From assembly GCA_026770705.1 (NCBI GenBank), contig JANJGN010000016.1:85870001-85934000 (forward strand): a DNA stretch of 64,000 nt. Direction: 5' to 3'. The notes under the pieces were generated by a model. That model was not told the origin of the DNA. It did not search any database and worked only from the letters and a program-made list of their open reading frames with translations. The first letter of the stretch is position 1, and every line of letters begins with the position of its first letter. Of the stretch, positions 16,301 to 31,300 are shown in pieces. Made by a program: the position numbers and the translations under genes. The DNA is from Isurus oxyrinchus (Eukaryota).

Positions 16301-19300
16301 ATCACCCTCACCCCCTATCCCGGCATCACCACCCCCACACGCCCGGCATCAACCACCCCCTCGCCCCCAGCATCTCCCAACCTCCGGCCTCCGGCATTAC
16401 CCACTGCCTCACCCTCAGCGTCACCCAACCCCCTACCCATGGGTCCCTCAGCCCCCACCCCTCGGCATTCAGCCAAAACCCATCCACAGCATCACCCACC
16501 ACCCAACACCCGGCATCAGCCAAACCCCACTCACACCAAGCATCACCCACCCCCCCAACCCTGCCATCACCCACCCATGGCATGACCCAAACCCTACCAC
16601 CGGCATCACATACCCCCTCGCACCCCGGCATTATCCACCCCACCCCACACCCGCCACCATCCACCACCCCCCCATCCCAGGCATCAATCAGCGCCCCCCA
16701 CCGCTCGGCATTACCCACCCACTTCCCCAGGCATCACCCACGCCCACAACCCTGGCATCACACACCCCCTCTCCCCGAGCGTTACCCAAACCCCCACCCC
16801 CGGCATCACCTATTTCCCCACCCCCGGCATCACCTATTTCCCCAACCCCGGCATCACCCACCATCCCAACCCCGCATCAGCCACACCCCTACCTTAGGCA
16901 TCAGCCACGCCCATCACCTCGGCATCACCCACCCCCTCACCACCGGCACCACAAACCACCCCCACCAATGACATCACCTATTCCCCCACCCCTGGCATCA
17001 CCCAACGCCTCAACCCCGGCATCACCCATCACGTCACCCCCGGCATCAGCCAACCCCCACCAACGGCATCACCTAGGCCCCCATCCCAGGCACCAACCAC
17101 CCCCGACCCGCGGCATCGCCCACCCCCTTCCCAAGGTGTCACATATGTCCACAACCCCGGCATCACCTATTCCCCCACCCCAGGCATGACCCACCATCCC
17201 ACCCCTGGCATCACCCACCCACTACCCCAAGCATCACCCACGCCCATCACCCCAGCATCACCCAACCCCTGCCCCACACCTGACACCAACTATTCCCCCA
17301 ACACCGGCAACACCCACACCCCTAACGCTGGCACCACCCACTCCCGGCATCACCCACACCACCACCCCCATCCATGGGTCCTTCACCAACACCCCCGGCA
17401 TTCAGCCAGTGCCCACCCGCGACGTCACCCACCACCTAACCCCCGGCATCATCCAATCCCCACCCACACCCAGCATCACCCACCCCTCCAACCCTGCCAA
17501 CACCCACCCCCAGCAACACCCACACCCCCAACATTGGCATCACCCACCCACCCCCCGGCATCACCCACCATCTCAGCCCCAGCATCACCCACACCCTCAC
17601 CCCCGGCATCACACACCCCCTCAGCCCTGGCATCACCCACCCTTCCAACCCCGGCAGGACCCATGCCCCCACTTCCGGCATCACACACCCACCCCCCAAC
17701 CCATGGCATCACCCAAACCCTCAACCCTGGCATCACTCAAACCCCCACCCCAGCTTCACCCACCACCTCACTCCCGGCATCACACACCCCACCAAACCCC
17801 CAGCATCACCCAAATCCTGCACCTCCGACATTACCCACCACCCCATACCTGGCATCACCCCCACACTCAACCGCGGCATCACTCAAACCCCCACCCCGGC
17901 ATGACACAAACACTCACTCCCGGCATCACCCACCCACCCACCCACAGCATCACTCACCCCCTCAAACCCAGCATCACACACCCCACCATCCCCGGCATCA
18001 CCCACCCCCAAAAACCCAGCATCACCCAACCCCTCACCACCGGCATTACCCACTCACCCATACCTGGCATCACCCACCCCCCCACCTCGGGCATCACCAA
18101 CACCACCCCCCCCAAACTCCCGCCACCACCCACACCACCACCACAGGCATCATCCTCCACCCCCACCCCAACTCCCAGCACCACCCACCCCACCAACCCT
18201 GGCATCACCCACTCCTGGCATCAACCACCCCCCTACAGCCGGCATCACCCACCATCCCCACACCCAGCATCAGCCACGTTCTCACATCAGCAATACCCAC
18301 ACCCACACTCCTGGCATCACCAACACCCCCTACCCCGGCATCACCCACACCCTCACGCCCGGCATCACACACCCCACCACCCCCAGCATCACCCAAAACC
18401 TGCATCCCCGACATTACCCACCACCCCATACCTGGCATCACACACCACCTCACCCCAGCAACAGCCACCCCGTCACCCGTGGCTTCACCCACCCCCTCAA
18501 CCCTGGCATCAAGCCCTCCACCCCCGGCACCTCACACCTTCTCAGCCCCGGCATCACCCAACACCCCATCTCTGGCATCACCCACTCCATCACCCCGGCA
18601 TCACATAAACCCCCACACACGGGTCCCTCATCCACCACCCCCGGCATCACCAACTCCCCCATCCCCGGCATCAACCACACCACCATCCCTGGCATCAGAC
18701 ATCCCTACCCAAGGCATCAACCCCCCCATCAACCACCCCCTGACCCACGGTATCGCCCACCCCGTACCCCATGCCCACAACCCTAGCATCACCTATTCCC
18801 CCACCCACTGGCATGACCCACCATCCCACCCCTGGCATCACCCACGCCCATCATCCCACCATCACCCACCCCCTCACCCTTGGCATCACACAGCCCCCTC
18901 CCACAAAACCGACATCACCCACACCACCACTGCCGGCATCACCCACATCCCCCACCGTAACTCCCGGCATCACCCACAACCCCTACCCCGGCATCACCAC
19001 CCCCCTCGCCCCCAGCATCGTCCAACCCCCAACCTCTGGCATTACACACTGCCTCACCCTCAGCGTCACCCAACCCCCTACCCATGGGTCCCTCACCCCC
19101 CACCCCTCGGCATTCAGCCAAAACCCATCCACAGCATCACCCACCACCCAACACTCAGCATCAGCCAAACCCCACCCACACCAAGCATCACCTGACCCCC
19201 CAACCCTGCCATCACCCACCCATGGCATGACCCAAACCCTACCACCGGCATCACACACCCCCTCGCACCCTGGCATTATCCACCCCACCCCATCCCCGCC

Positions 19301-22300
19301 ACCATCCACCACCCCCCCCATCCCCGGCATCAACCACCCCCGCAAACACGGCATCACCCAGCCCCCAACCCTGGTATCACCCACCCCCGGCATTACACAC
19401 CCCCCTACCCATGGCATCACCCACCACCCCCACCCCCAGCAACAGCCACACTGGCATCACCCACTCCCAGCATCTCCTACTCCACCACCCCCGGCATCAC
19501 CCGGAACTCCCACACCCACTCCTGGCATAACCCACACCTCCTATCCCGGCAACACAACCCCCTCACACCCGGCATCACCCACACCCCCGACCCCGGCACC
19601 ACCACCCCCTCACGCCCGGCATCACACACTCCCCCAACCCCGGCATCACCCAGCCCCCCACCTCCGGAATCACCCAACTCCCCCACCCATGGGTACCTCA
19701 CCCCCACCCCCAGCATCAGCCAACCCCCTCCACTTGCATCACCCACACACCCACCTCTGGCATTACCCACTCCCCCAACCCCGGCATCACCCAGGCCCCC
19801 ATCCCAGGCATCAACCAGCAACCCCCCCCGCTCGGCATTACCCACCCACTTCCCCAGGTGTCACCCACGCCCACAACCCTGGCATCACACACCCCCTCAC
19901 CCCCAGCATTACCCACCCCCCCACCCCCGGCATCACCTATTTCCCCACCCCTGGCATCACCTATTTCCCCACCCCCGGCATCACCTATTTCCCCACTCCC
20001 AGCATCACCCACCATCCCAACCCCGGCATCAGCCACACCCCTACCTCAGGCATCAGCCACGCCCATCACCTCGGCATCACCCGCCCCCTCACTACCGGCA
20101 CCACAAACCACCCCCATCACTGACATCACCTATTCCCCCACCCCTGGCATCATCCAATGCCTCAACCCCGGCATCACCCATCAAGTTACCCCCGGCATCA
20201 GCCAACCACCACGCGCAGTATCACTCGCCACCCGACACCCGGCGTCAGCCAAGCCCCACCAACGGCATCACCTAGGCCCCTATCCCAGGCACCAACCACC
20301 CCCGACCCGCGGCATCGCCCACCCCCTTCCCCAGGCGTCACATACGTCCACAACCCCGGCATCACCTATTCCTCCACCCCCGGCATGACCCACCATCCCA
20401 CCCCTGGCATCACCCACCCCCTACCCCAAACATCACCCACGCCCATCACCCCGGCATCATCCACCCCCTGCCCCACAACCGACACCACCTATTCCCCCAA
20501 CACCGGCAACACCCACACCCCCAACGCTGGCACCACCCACTCTTGGCATCACCCACACCACCACCCCCCACCCATGGGTCCCTCACCAACACCCCCGGCA
20601 TTCATCCAATGCCCACCCGCGGCGTCACCAACCACCTAACCCCCGGCATCATCCAATCCCCACACACCCGCAGCATCACCCACCCCCCCCAATCCCGGCA
20701 TCACCGACCACCCCCAACCCCAGCCCAACCCCTCACCGCCAGCAACACCCACCCCCCCAACCCTGCCATCACCCAGCCCCGGCATGACCCACCCCCTACC
20801 CCTGGCATCACACATCCCCTCGCACCGCGGCTTTATCCACCCCACCCCACGCCTGCCACCATCCATTCCCCCATCCCCGGCATCAACCAACCCCCACACC
20901 CGGCATCACGCAGCCCCCAACCCTGGGATCACCCACCCCCTGCATCACACACTACCCCCAACCCCGGCATCACCCAAAACACTACACCTGGCATCACTCA
21001 CTACTGCATCCCCACCACCCACTCCCCCACCCCCGCCACCATCCACCACCCCCCCATCCACGGCATCAACCATCCCCCAACACCTGGCATCACCCAGCCC
21101 CCAACCCTGGTATCACCCACCCCCGGCATTACACACTCCCCTACCCATGGCATCACCACCCCCCCCCACCCCCAGCAACAGCCACACCGCCAACACTGGC
21201 ATCACCGACTCCCAGCATCACCCAGAAACCCCACACCCACTCCCACCATCAACCACACCCCCTACACCAGCATCACCCAGCCCCCCACCTCCGGCATTAC
21301 CAACGCCCTCACCCCCAGCATCATCCAACCCCCCACCCATGGGTCCCTCACTCCCACCCCCGGCATCAGCCATCCCCCAAAACCTGCATCACACACACTT
21401 CCACTTCTGGCATTATCCACTCCCCCACCCCCGGCATCACCTAGGCCCCCATCCCAGGCATCAACCAGCACCCTTCCGCTCATCATTACCCACCCTCTAC
21501 CCCAGGCGTCATCCACGCCCACAACCCCGGCATCACACATCCCCTCACCCCCAGGATCACCCCACCCAACCCCCAGCATCACCTATTCCCCCACTCCCAG
21601 CATCACCCATCCCCTCAACCCCGGTATCACCCATCATGTCACCCCCATCATCCGCCACCCACGGGCAGTATCACGCACCACCAGACCCCCGGCACCAGCC
21701 AACCCCCAACGACGGCATCACCCAGACCTCCATCCCAGGCATCAACCACCCCCCGACCTGCGACATTGCCTACTCCCTACCCCAGGCGTGACTCATGCCC
21801 ACAACCCCGGCATCACCTATTCCCCCACCCTTGGCATGACCCACCATCCCACCCCTGGCATCACCCACCCCCAACACCAGGCATCAACCACGCCCATCAC
21901 CCCGGCATCACCCACTCCCCCAACTCCGTCATCACCCAGCACCCCCACCCCCGTTATCACCTCCCCCCTCAACCCCAGCAACACCCACACCGCCAACACT
22001 GGCATCACCCACTCCCGGCATCACCTACACCACCACCCCCGGCATCACCCAGAACCCCCACACCCACTCTCGGCATCACCCACACCCACTACCCCCGGCA
22101 TCACCACCCCCACACGCCCGGCATCACCCACTCCCCCACCCCCGGCATCTCCCAGACCCCACCTCCGGCATTACCCACTCTCTCACACCCAGCGTCACCC
22201 AACCCCCCACGCGCGGTATCACCCACCACCCGAGCCCTGGCATCAGGCAACCCCCACCCACGGCATCACCCAGCACCCAGCACTGGCATCACCCACACCC

Positions 22301-25300
22301 CCACCTTTGGCATTACCCACTCCCCCAACCCCGGCATCACCCAGGCCCCCATCCCCAGCATCAACCACCCCCCCACACCCGGCATCACCCAGCCCCCAAC
22401 CATGGTATCACCCACCCCCGGCATTACACACTCCCCCACCCACGGCATCACCCAGCACCCAGCACTGGCATCACCCACACCCCCACCTTTGGCATTACCC
22501 ACTCCCCCAACCCCGGCATCACCCAGGCCCCCATCCCCAGCATCAACCACCCCCCCACACCCGGCATCACCCAGCCCCCAACCATGGTATCACCCACCCC
22601 CGGCATTACACACTCCCCCACCCCCGGCATCACCCAACGCCCCACCTCCGGCATTACCCACTCCCTCACCCCCATCATCACCCAACCCCCCAACCATGGG
22701 TCCCTCACCCCCACGCCCAGCTTCAGCCAACCCCCACCACCGGCATCACCCACATTCACACCTCTGGCATCACCCACCTCCCTGACCCGCGGCATCAACC
22801 ACCTCCTCACTCCCGGCATCACCCACCACCCCACGCCCAGCATCACCTAACTACCAATCACGGCATCACTCACACACATATCCTCGGCATCACACTCCCC
22901 CACACCTCTGGCATCACCACACCCAATCCCCGCCATCAACCACCCCCTACCCCTAGTTGATGCAAGTGTTGGCGGTGTGGGTGTTGCTGGGGGTGAGGGG
23001 GCAGGTGATCACTCCCCCAACCCGGTATCACCCAGCCCCCCACCTCCAGCATTACTCTCTCCCCCACCAACGGCATCACCCAGCACCCAGCACCGGCATC
23101 ACCCACTCCCCCACCCCCGTCATCACCCAGCCCCCCACCTCCGGCATTACCCACTCCCCCAACCCACCATCACCCAACTCCCCACCCATGTGTCCCTCAC
23201 CCCCAACCTCGGCATCAACCAACCCCCACCCTCGACATCACCTTTTCCCCCACCCCCCGGATTCACCCACACCCGCCCCCCCCCGGCATCACCCACTCCC
23301 CCACCCCCGGCATCACCTACCCCTTCACCCCCTGCTTCACCCACACCCCCTACCCCGGCATCACCCACTCCCCCACCCTGGCATCACCCAGCCCCCCCAG
23401 CTCCGGCATTAGCCACTCCCATACCCCCCAGCATCACCCAAACCAGCACTCCTAGGTCCCTAACCCCCACCCCTGGCATCACCTACCCCTTCACCCCCTG
23501 CTTCACCCACACCCCCTACCCCGGCATCACCCACTCCCCGACCCTGGCACCACCCGGCCCCCCCAGCTCCGGCATTAGCCACTCCCATACCCCCCAGCAT
23601 CACCCAAACCAGCACTCCTAGGTCCCTAACCCCCACAGCCCGGCATCACCTGGCCCCCCCACCCATGGCATCATCTGCGCCCCCACATATGGCATTACCC
23701 ACTTCCCCACCCCCGGCATCACCCAGGCCCCCATCCCAGGCATCAACCACCCCCTCACCCCCGGCATCACCCACCATCCCACCCCCGGCATCATCAACCC
23801 CCTCCACCCCCGGCATTAAACACTCCTCCAACCCTCTCATCACTCAGGCACTCAACTCCGACATCACCCATCACGCTACCCCCGGCATCAAACACCCCCG
23901 CATCCCCGGCATCACCCACCGGCCAGCCCATGGCATCACCCACCTCTCCCACCCCCAGCAACGCCCACCACCCCACCCCCGGTATCACACAGCCCCTCAG
24001 CCCCGGCATCATCCAGCCCCCCGACCCCTGCCATCACCCACTCCCCCAGCACCGGCATCACCCACCTCCACACACCTGGCATCAACAACCCCCTCCAACC
24101 CCGGCATTAAACACTCCCCCAACCCTGGCATCACTCACCCCCTCCAACCCCGGCTTCACCCACCCGCTCAAACATAGCATCAGCCATCACGCTACCCCCG
24201 GCATCAACCCACCCCCGCATCCCCGGCATCACAAACCCACCAACCCATGGCATCACCCACCCCTCCCACCCCCGGCATCGCCCACCCCCCACCCCCCACC
24301 CTGGCATCACCCACCCCTCCCACCCCCCATCCCTGGCATCAACCACCCCCCAACACCCGGCATGATTCACTCCCCCAATTCCTGGCATCGCCCACACCCC
24401 AACCCCCACCCCCGGCATCACCCACACCCCAACCTCCACCCCCGGAATCACTCAATCCCCCACTCCCGCATCACCCACCACACCCCCATCCCCAGCATCA
24501 TCCAACCCTCAACCGTGGCATCACCCACCCCTGGCAACACACAAGCCCCCTACCCCTGACATCAACTATCACCCCCACCCCCGGCATCACACACCACCTC
24601 ACACCAGCCACACCCACAGCCCCAACATTGGAATCACCCAACGCCCCACTCCTGGCATCACCCACCCCACCACCCCCGGCATCACTCACAAGCCCTACCC
24701 CCAACCCCGGCATCACCAAAACACCCCACCCCCGGCATCACCCACACCACCAACCCTGGTATCACACAACCACCCCCAACCCCGGCATCACCAACCCCCC
24801 CACCTCCCGGCATCACCCACACCAACAACCCCGGCATCAACCACACCCTCAACCCCGGCATCAGCCCACCCTCGGCATCATCCACCCTCTCACCCCCGAC
24901 ATCACCACCCCTCCACCCTCGCCATTACCCATCGCCCCACCCCTTGCATCACCATCATCCAGCATCACCAAACCCTCCAGGCACCGGTATCACCCACCCC
25001 CAGCATCACACATACCCCCAATCCCTGGCTTCACACAACACCCCACATCCCCGGCATCACACGCCCCCCTACTCCCGGCATCATCCACCCTACCCCACCC
25101 ACACCCAGCATCACCCACCCCTCCAACGCTGCCAACACCCACCCCCGGCATCACTCACCATCCCCACACCCAGCATCACCCACTCCCTCACCGCCAGCAA
25201 CACCGACACCACCAACCCTGCCATCACCCTGCCCTGGCATTACCCACCCCCTACCGCCGGCATCACCCAACCCCTCAACCTTGGCATCACCCAACCGCCC

Positions 25301-28300
25301 CCCCAATCCCTGACATCAACCACCCATCCAAACATGGCACCACCCACCCCCTCACCCCAGGCAACACCCACCACACCCATGCCCAACATCACACACCTTC
25401 TCATGCCTGGCATCACCAAACACACCACCCCACCGGCATCACCAACTCCCCCACTCCCAGCATCACCCACCCCCCAGCCCCAGCATCACCCAACCCCCAA
25501 CCGTGGCATCGCCGACCCCTGGCATCACCCAGCACCCCTACCCCCGACATCACCTATCACCCCGAACCCCGGCAACACCCACCCCTCACTCCCAGCAACA
25601 ACTACACCCCCAATATTGGCATCACCCACCCCCCCACTCCAGGCATCACCCATCCCAACACCCCCGGCATCACCCACAACCCCCACCCCCAGCCCCGGCA
25701 TCACCCACCCACCCAAACCCAGCATCACCCACACATCCTCCCCCAGCATCACCCACGCCCCCAACCCGGCATCACCCACACCCTCACCCCGGCATCACGC
25801 ACACCACCACTCCAGGCATCACCCACCACTTCACCCCCGGTAGCACCCAAACCCTCACCCCCGACAATACCCTCCCCCCCATACCCCTGGCATCACCCAC
25901 AACCTCAAATCCGACATCACCCCCCCACTCCAACCCCCGGCATCACCCACACCCTCACCCCCGGTATCAGACAACCCTTTACCCCCAGCATCACCGCCCC
26001 CCACTGCTGACATCACCTACTCCCCCAAACCCGGCATGACCCATCGCCCCACCCCCGGCATCACCAACCCCAACAATCCCTGGCACCATTCACCCCCGGC
26101 ATCACTCACACCTCCACCCCAGGCAACACCAACTACCCCCAACACTGGCGTCACACACCCCCTCACTCCCAGCAAGAACTACACCCCCAAAATTAGCATC
26201 ACCCACCCCCCATGCCCGGCATCACCCACAAACCCCACCCCCAACCCTGGCATCACCCACCCCTCCAACCCCGGCATCACCCACAACACCCATCCCCAAC
26301 CCAGGCATCACAACATCCACACCCCCAGCACCACCCACAACCCCAACCCCGGCATCACCCACACCTTCAACCCCGGCATCACTCAAACCTTCAGCCCGGC
26401 TTCATCCACCCTCTCACTCCCAGAATCACGCACCCTACCACCCATGGCATCACCGAATACCTCACCCCCGGCATCACCCAACCTCTCACCCCCGACACCA
26501 CGACCCCCCCCCCCCCACCGCTGGCATCACCCAACCCTCCCATCGCAGGCATCACCAACTCCCCACGAACAGGCATGACTCATCGCCCCACCCCCGGCAT
26601 CACCAACCTCCCCAATCCCCGGCATCACTCAAACCCAGCATCGACCACACCCCCACCCCTGGCAACACCAACTACCACCACCCCCGGCTTCACACAAGCC
26701 CTCACCCCTGGCTTCACCCAACATCCCAACCACTGTCACTACCCACCCCTCACTTCCGGCGTCATCCACCCCACCCCCACCCCCAGCATCACCCAGCCCC
26801 CCCAATCCTGCCATCACCCACCCCCGACATTACCCAACCCCCCATACCAGGCATCACCCACCCAATCATCCTCGGCATTAGCGCCCCACTCCAACCCCAG
26901 GCATCAACCCCCCCACCCACGGCATCATCCACCATCTCACCCATGATACCACCACCCCCCCACAACTCCGGCATCACCTGCCCCCACCACCAACGGAATC
27001 ACCCACTCCCCCATCCATGGCATGAATCATCGCCCCACCCCCTGAAGCACTAACCCCCCCAACCCCCGGCATCACTCACCCCCTCACCACCGGCATTACC
27101 CACCCCCCCCCCCCCCATACCCAGGATCACCACTCCCCCCACCCCCGGCATCACTCACCCTACAAACTCTGGCCTCACCAACACCCCCAACCCCCGGCAT
27201 CAGCCACCCTCAGCATCACCCACCCCCCCACCCCAGGCAATACCCACCACCTCCACCCCAAATATCACACATCTCCTCACCCCTGGCTTCACCAAACACA
27301 CCAGCGGCATCACTCACTCCCCCACTCCCGCATCAACCACCACTCAACCGTGGCATCACACACCCCCGGCCTCACACAACCCCCCTACCCCCGGCATCAC
27401 ACACCCACTCAGCCCCAACAACACCCACACCCCCAACATTGGAATCACCCAACCCCCCACGCCCGGCATCACCCACCCCAACACCCTCGGTATCACCCAC
27501 AACCCCCCACCCTCAACCTCGGCATCACCAACCTCCCCACCCCCGGCATCACCCACACCACCAACCCCGGCATCACCCAACCAGCCCCCAACCCCGGCAT
27601 CACACAGCCACCCCACCACCTCCGGCATCACCCAAAAACCCCAACCCCAACCCCGGCATCACCAAACCCCCCACCCCCGGCATCACCCACACCACCATCC
27701 CAGGCATCACCATCCGCCCCCATCCCCGGCATCACCACATCCCCACCCCTAGCACCACCCACAACCCCACCCCCGGCATCACCCACAACACCCACCCCCA
27801 CCCCCGGCATCACCACATCCCCACCCCTAGCACCACCCACAACCCCACCCCCGGCATCACCCACACCCTCAACCCCAGCATCACTCAAACCTCCAGCGCG
27901 GCATCACCCACTCTCTCACTCCCGGAATCACCCTGACCCCTGCCATTACTCCCCCTCCCACCCTCGGCATCACCCACGTCCCCCACCGCCAGCATCACCC
28001 ACCCCTCCACCCTCGCCATTACCCATCGCCCCACCCCCGGCATCACCAACCCCCGGCATCAACAAACCCTCCAGTCACCGGCATCTGCCACCCCCGGCAT
28101 CACACACCCCCCCAACCCCTGGCTTCACCCAACACCCCACCTCCCCAGCAACATACACCCTCCCACTCCCCGTGTCATCCACCCCCCCCCCACCCAAACC
28201 CATCATCAACCGCCCCTCCAACCCTGCCAACACCCACTCCCGGCATCACTCACCACCCGCACAACGAGCATCACCCACCCCTTCACCGCCAGCAACACCG

Positions 28301-31300
28301 ACACCACCAACCCTGCCATCACCCTGACCTGGCATTACTCCCTGGAATCATCCACCCCACCCCACACCCGCCAACATCCACCCGCTCATCTCCGGCATCA
28401 ACCAACCCCACACCCGGCATCACGCAGCCCCCTTCCTCCGGCATCACCCATCATGCTACACCCGGAATGCCCCACGGCCGCATCTCCGGCATCACACCCC
28501 CACCAAACCGCTACCATGCACCCCCCAAATCCCGGCATCACCCACCCCCCCAACCCTGGCATCACTCACCCCACCACCACCGGCATCACCCACAACACCC
28601 AGCCCCAACCCCGGCATCACCCACCCCCCCAACCCCGGCATCACTCACCCCACCACCACCGGCATCACCCACAACACCCACCCCCACCCCCGGCATCACC
28701 ACATCCCCAGCCCTAGCACCACCCACAACCCCACGCCCGGCATCACCCACACCCTCAACCCCGGCATCAGTCAAACCTCCAGCCCAGCATCACCCACCCT
28801 CTCACTCCCGGAATCACCCACCCTACCACCCCTGGCATCACCCACCTCCTCACCCCAGGCATCACCAAACCCCCACCCGCGGCATCACCCAACCCCCCCA
28901 CCGCCGGCATCACCAACCCTCCCCCACGCACAGTCATGACCCATCGCCCCACCCCCGGCATCACCCAGAACCACCACCTCCGGCATTACCCACTCCCTCA
29001 CACCCAGCATCCACCAACCCCCCCACCCATGGGCCCTCATCCCCCACCCCCAGCATCAGCCAACCGCCACGTGCGGTATCACCCAACACCCAGCACCAGC
29101 ATCACCAACACCCCCACCTTTGGCATTACTCACTCCCTGACCCCCAGCATCCCCAACCCTGGCATCACCCACATCCCCCACTCCGGGTATCACCCACCCC
29201 ACCACCCCCAGCAACACCCACACCACCAACACTAGAACCACCACCCCTGGCATCACCCACCATCCCCACCCCAACTCCCAGCATCACCCACAATCCCTAG
29301 CCCGGCATCACCACCCCCACACGCCCGGCATCATCCTCTCCCCCACCCCTGGCATCTCCCAGCCCCCCACATGCGGCATTACCCACTCCCTCATCCTCAG
29401 TGTCACCAAACCCCCATACCCATGGGTCCCTCACCCCCACTCCCGGCATCAGCCAAACCCCACGCGCAGCGTCACCCACTACCCCACCCCTGGCATCAGC
29501 CAACCCCCACCCTCGGCATCACCCAACCACCACCACCGGCAACACCCACACGCCCAGCTCTGTCAATATCCATTCCCCCACCCCCGGCATAACCCAGGCT
29601 CCCATCCCAGCCATCAACCACCCCCCTAACTCCGGCATCACTCACCCCCTCACCCCTGGCATCAGCCACCACCCCACCCCCGGCGCCTCCCACCCCCCCA
29701 CCACCGGCATTACCCACCCCCATCCAGACACGGCATCACCCATGCTCCCACCCCCAACATAACCAACCCCCCCACCCCCAGCATCACCCAACCCCCAACC
29801 CAGGCATCACCCACCACCACAAACAACCGGCATCACCCACAACCACGCCCCCGGTATCAACCAGCTTCCCAACCCTGGAATCACCTTTCCCCTCACCCCC
29901 AGCAATGCCCACACCCCCAACTCTGGCATCATCCACAGCCCCCACACCGGGCATTACCCACACCACCACCCCGGCATCACCCACCGTGCCCTCCCCCAGT
30001 AACAACCACACCCCCAACTCTGGCATCATCCACAGCCCCCACACCGGGCATTACCCACACCACCACCACGGCATCACCCACCGTGCCCTCCCCCAGTAAC
30101 ACCCACACCGCCAACATTGGCATCAACCACTCCTGGCATCACCCACACCACCACCCCCGGCATCACCCACAACTCCCATCCCCACTCTTGGCATCACCCA
30201 CACCACCTATCCCTGCAGCACCAGCCCCTCACGCCCGGCTTCAACCCCTCCCTCACCCCCGGCATCACCCAGCCCCCCACCTCCGGCATTACCCACTCCC
30301 TCACCGCCAACATCACCCATGCTCCAACCCATGGGTCCCTCATCCCCCAACCCCGGCATCAGCCAAGCCCCACCCGCGGCATCACCCACCACCCGACCCC
30401 AGGCATCAGCCAAACCCCACCCCCGGGATCACCCAACCCCCAGCACCGGCATCACCCTCAGCCCCAAATCTGGCATTACCCACTCCCCGACCCCCGGCAT
30501 CACCCAGGCCCCCATCCCAGGCATAAACCACCCCCCGGCACCCAGCATCACCCACCCCCTACCCCACTAGTCACCCACGCCCATCACCCCAGCACCACCC
30601 ACCGCCCCATAACCAGCATCACCACTCCCCCCACCCCCAGCATCACCACCCCCCCAGCACTGGCATCACCAACCCCCCCCAACCCACCCACCCCCAGCAT
30701 CAACCACCCTCCCACTCCAGGCAAAACCCACCACCCCCACCCCCAATATCACACACCTCCTCAGCCCTGGCTTCACCAAATACCCAATCTAACTGGCATC
30801 ACCAACTCCCCAACTCCTGCATCAGCCACACCCCCCCTACACCTGGCATCACCTATCACTCCCAACCCCGGCATCACACACCCCCTCATCCCCAGCAACA
30901 CCCACACCCCAAACATTGGCATCAAAATCCACCCCACTCCTGGCTAACCCACCCCACCACTCCCGGCATCACCCACAACCCCCACCCCAACCCCGGCATC
31001 ACCCCCCCCCCAACCCCGGCATTACCTACATCCCCAGCCCCCGGCATCACACACATCTCCAACCCCGGCATCACACAGCCCCTCACCCCTGGTACCACCA
31101 ACCCCCCCCCCACCCCCGACATCATCTATTCCCCCAGCCGTGGCATCACCCAAGCCCTCCTCCTCCGGCATCACCCACCACCTCAACCCCAGCATCACCA
31201 ATCACATCACCCCCGGCATCAACCACACCCCCCACCACCGGCATCACCCACCTTCCCACACCTGGCATCAAACACTCGTCCACCCCAGGCATCAGCCACT

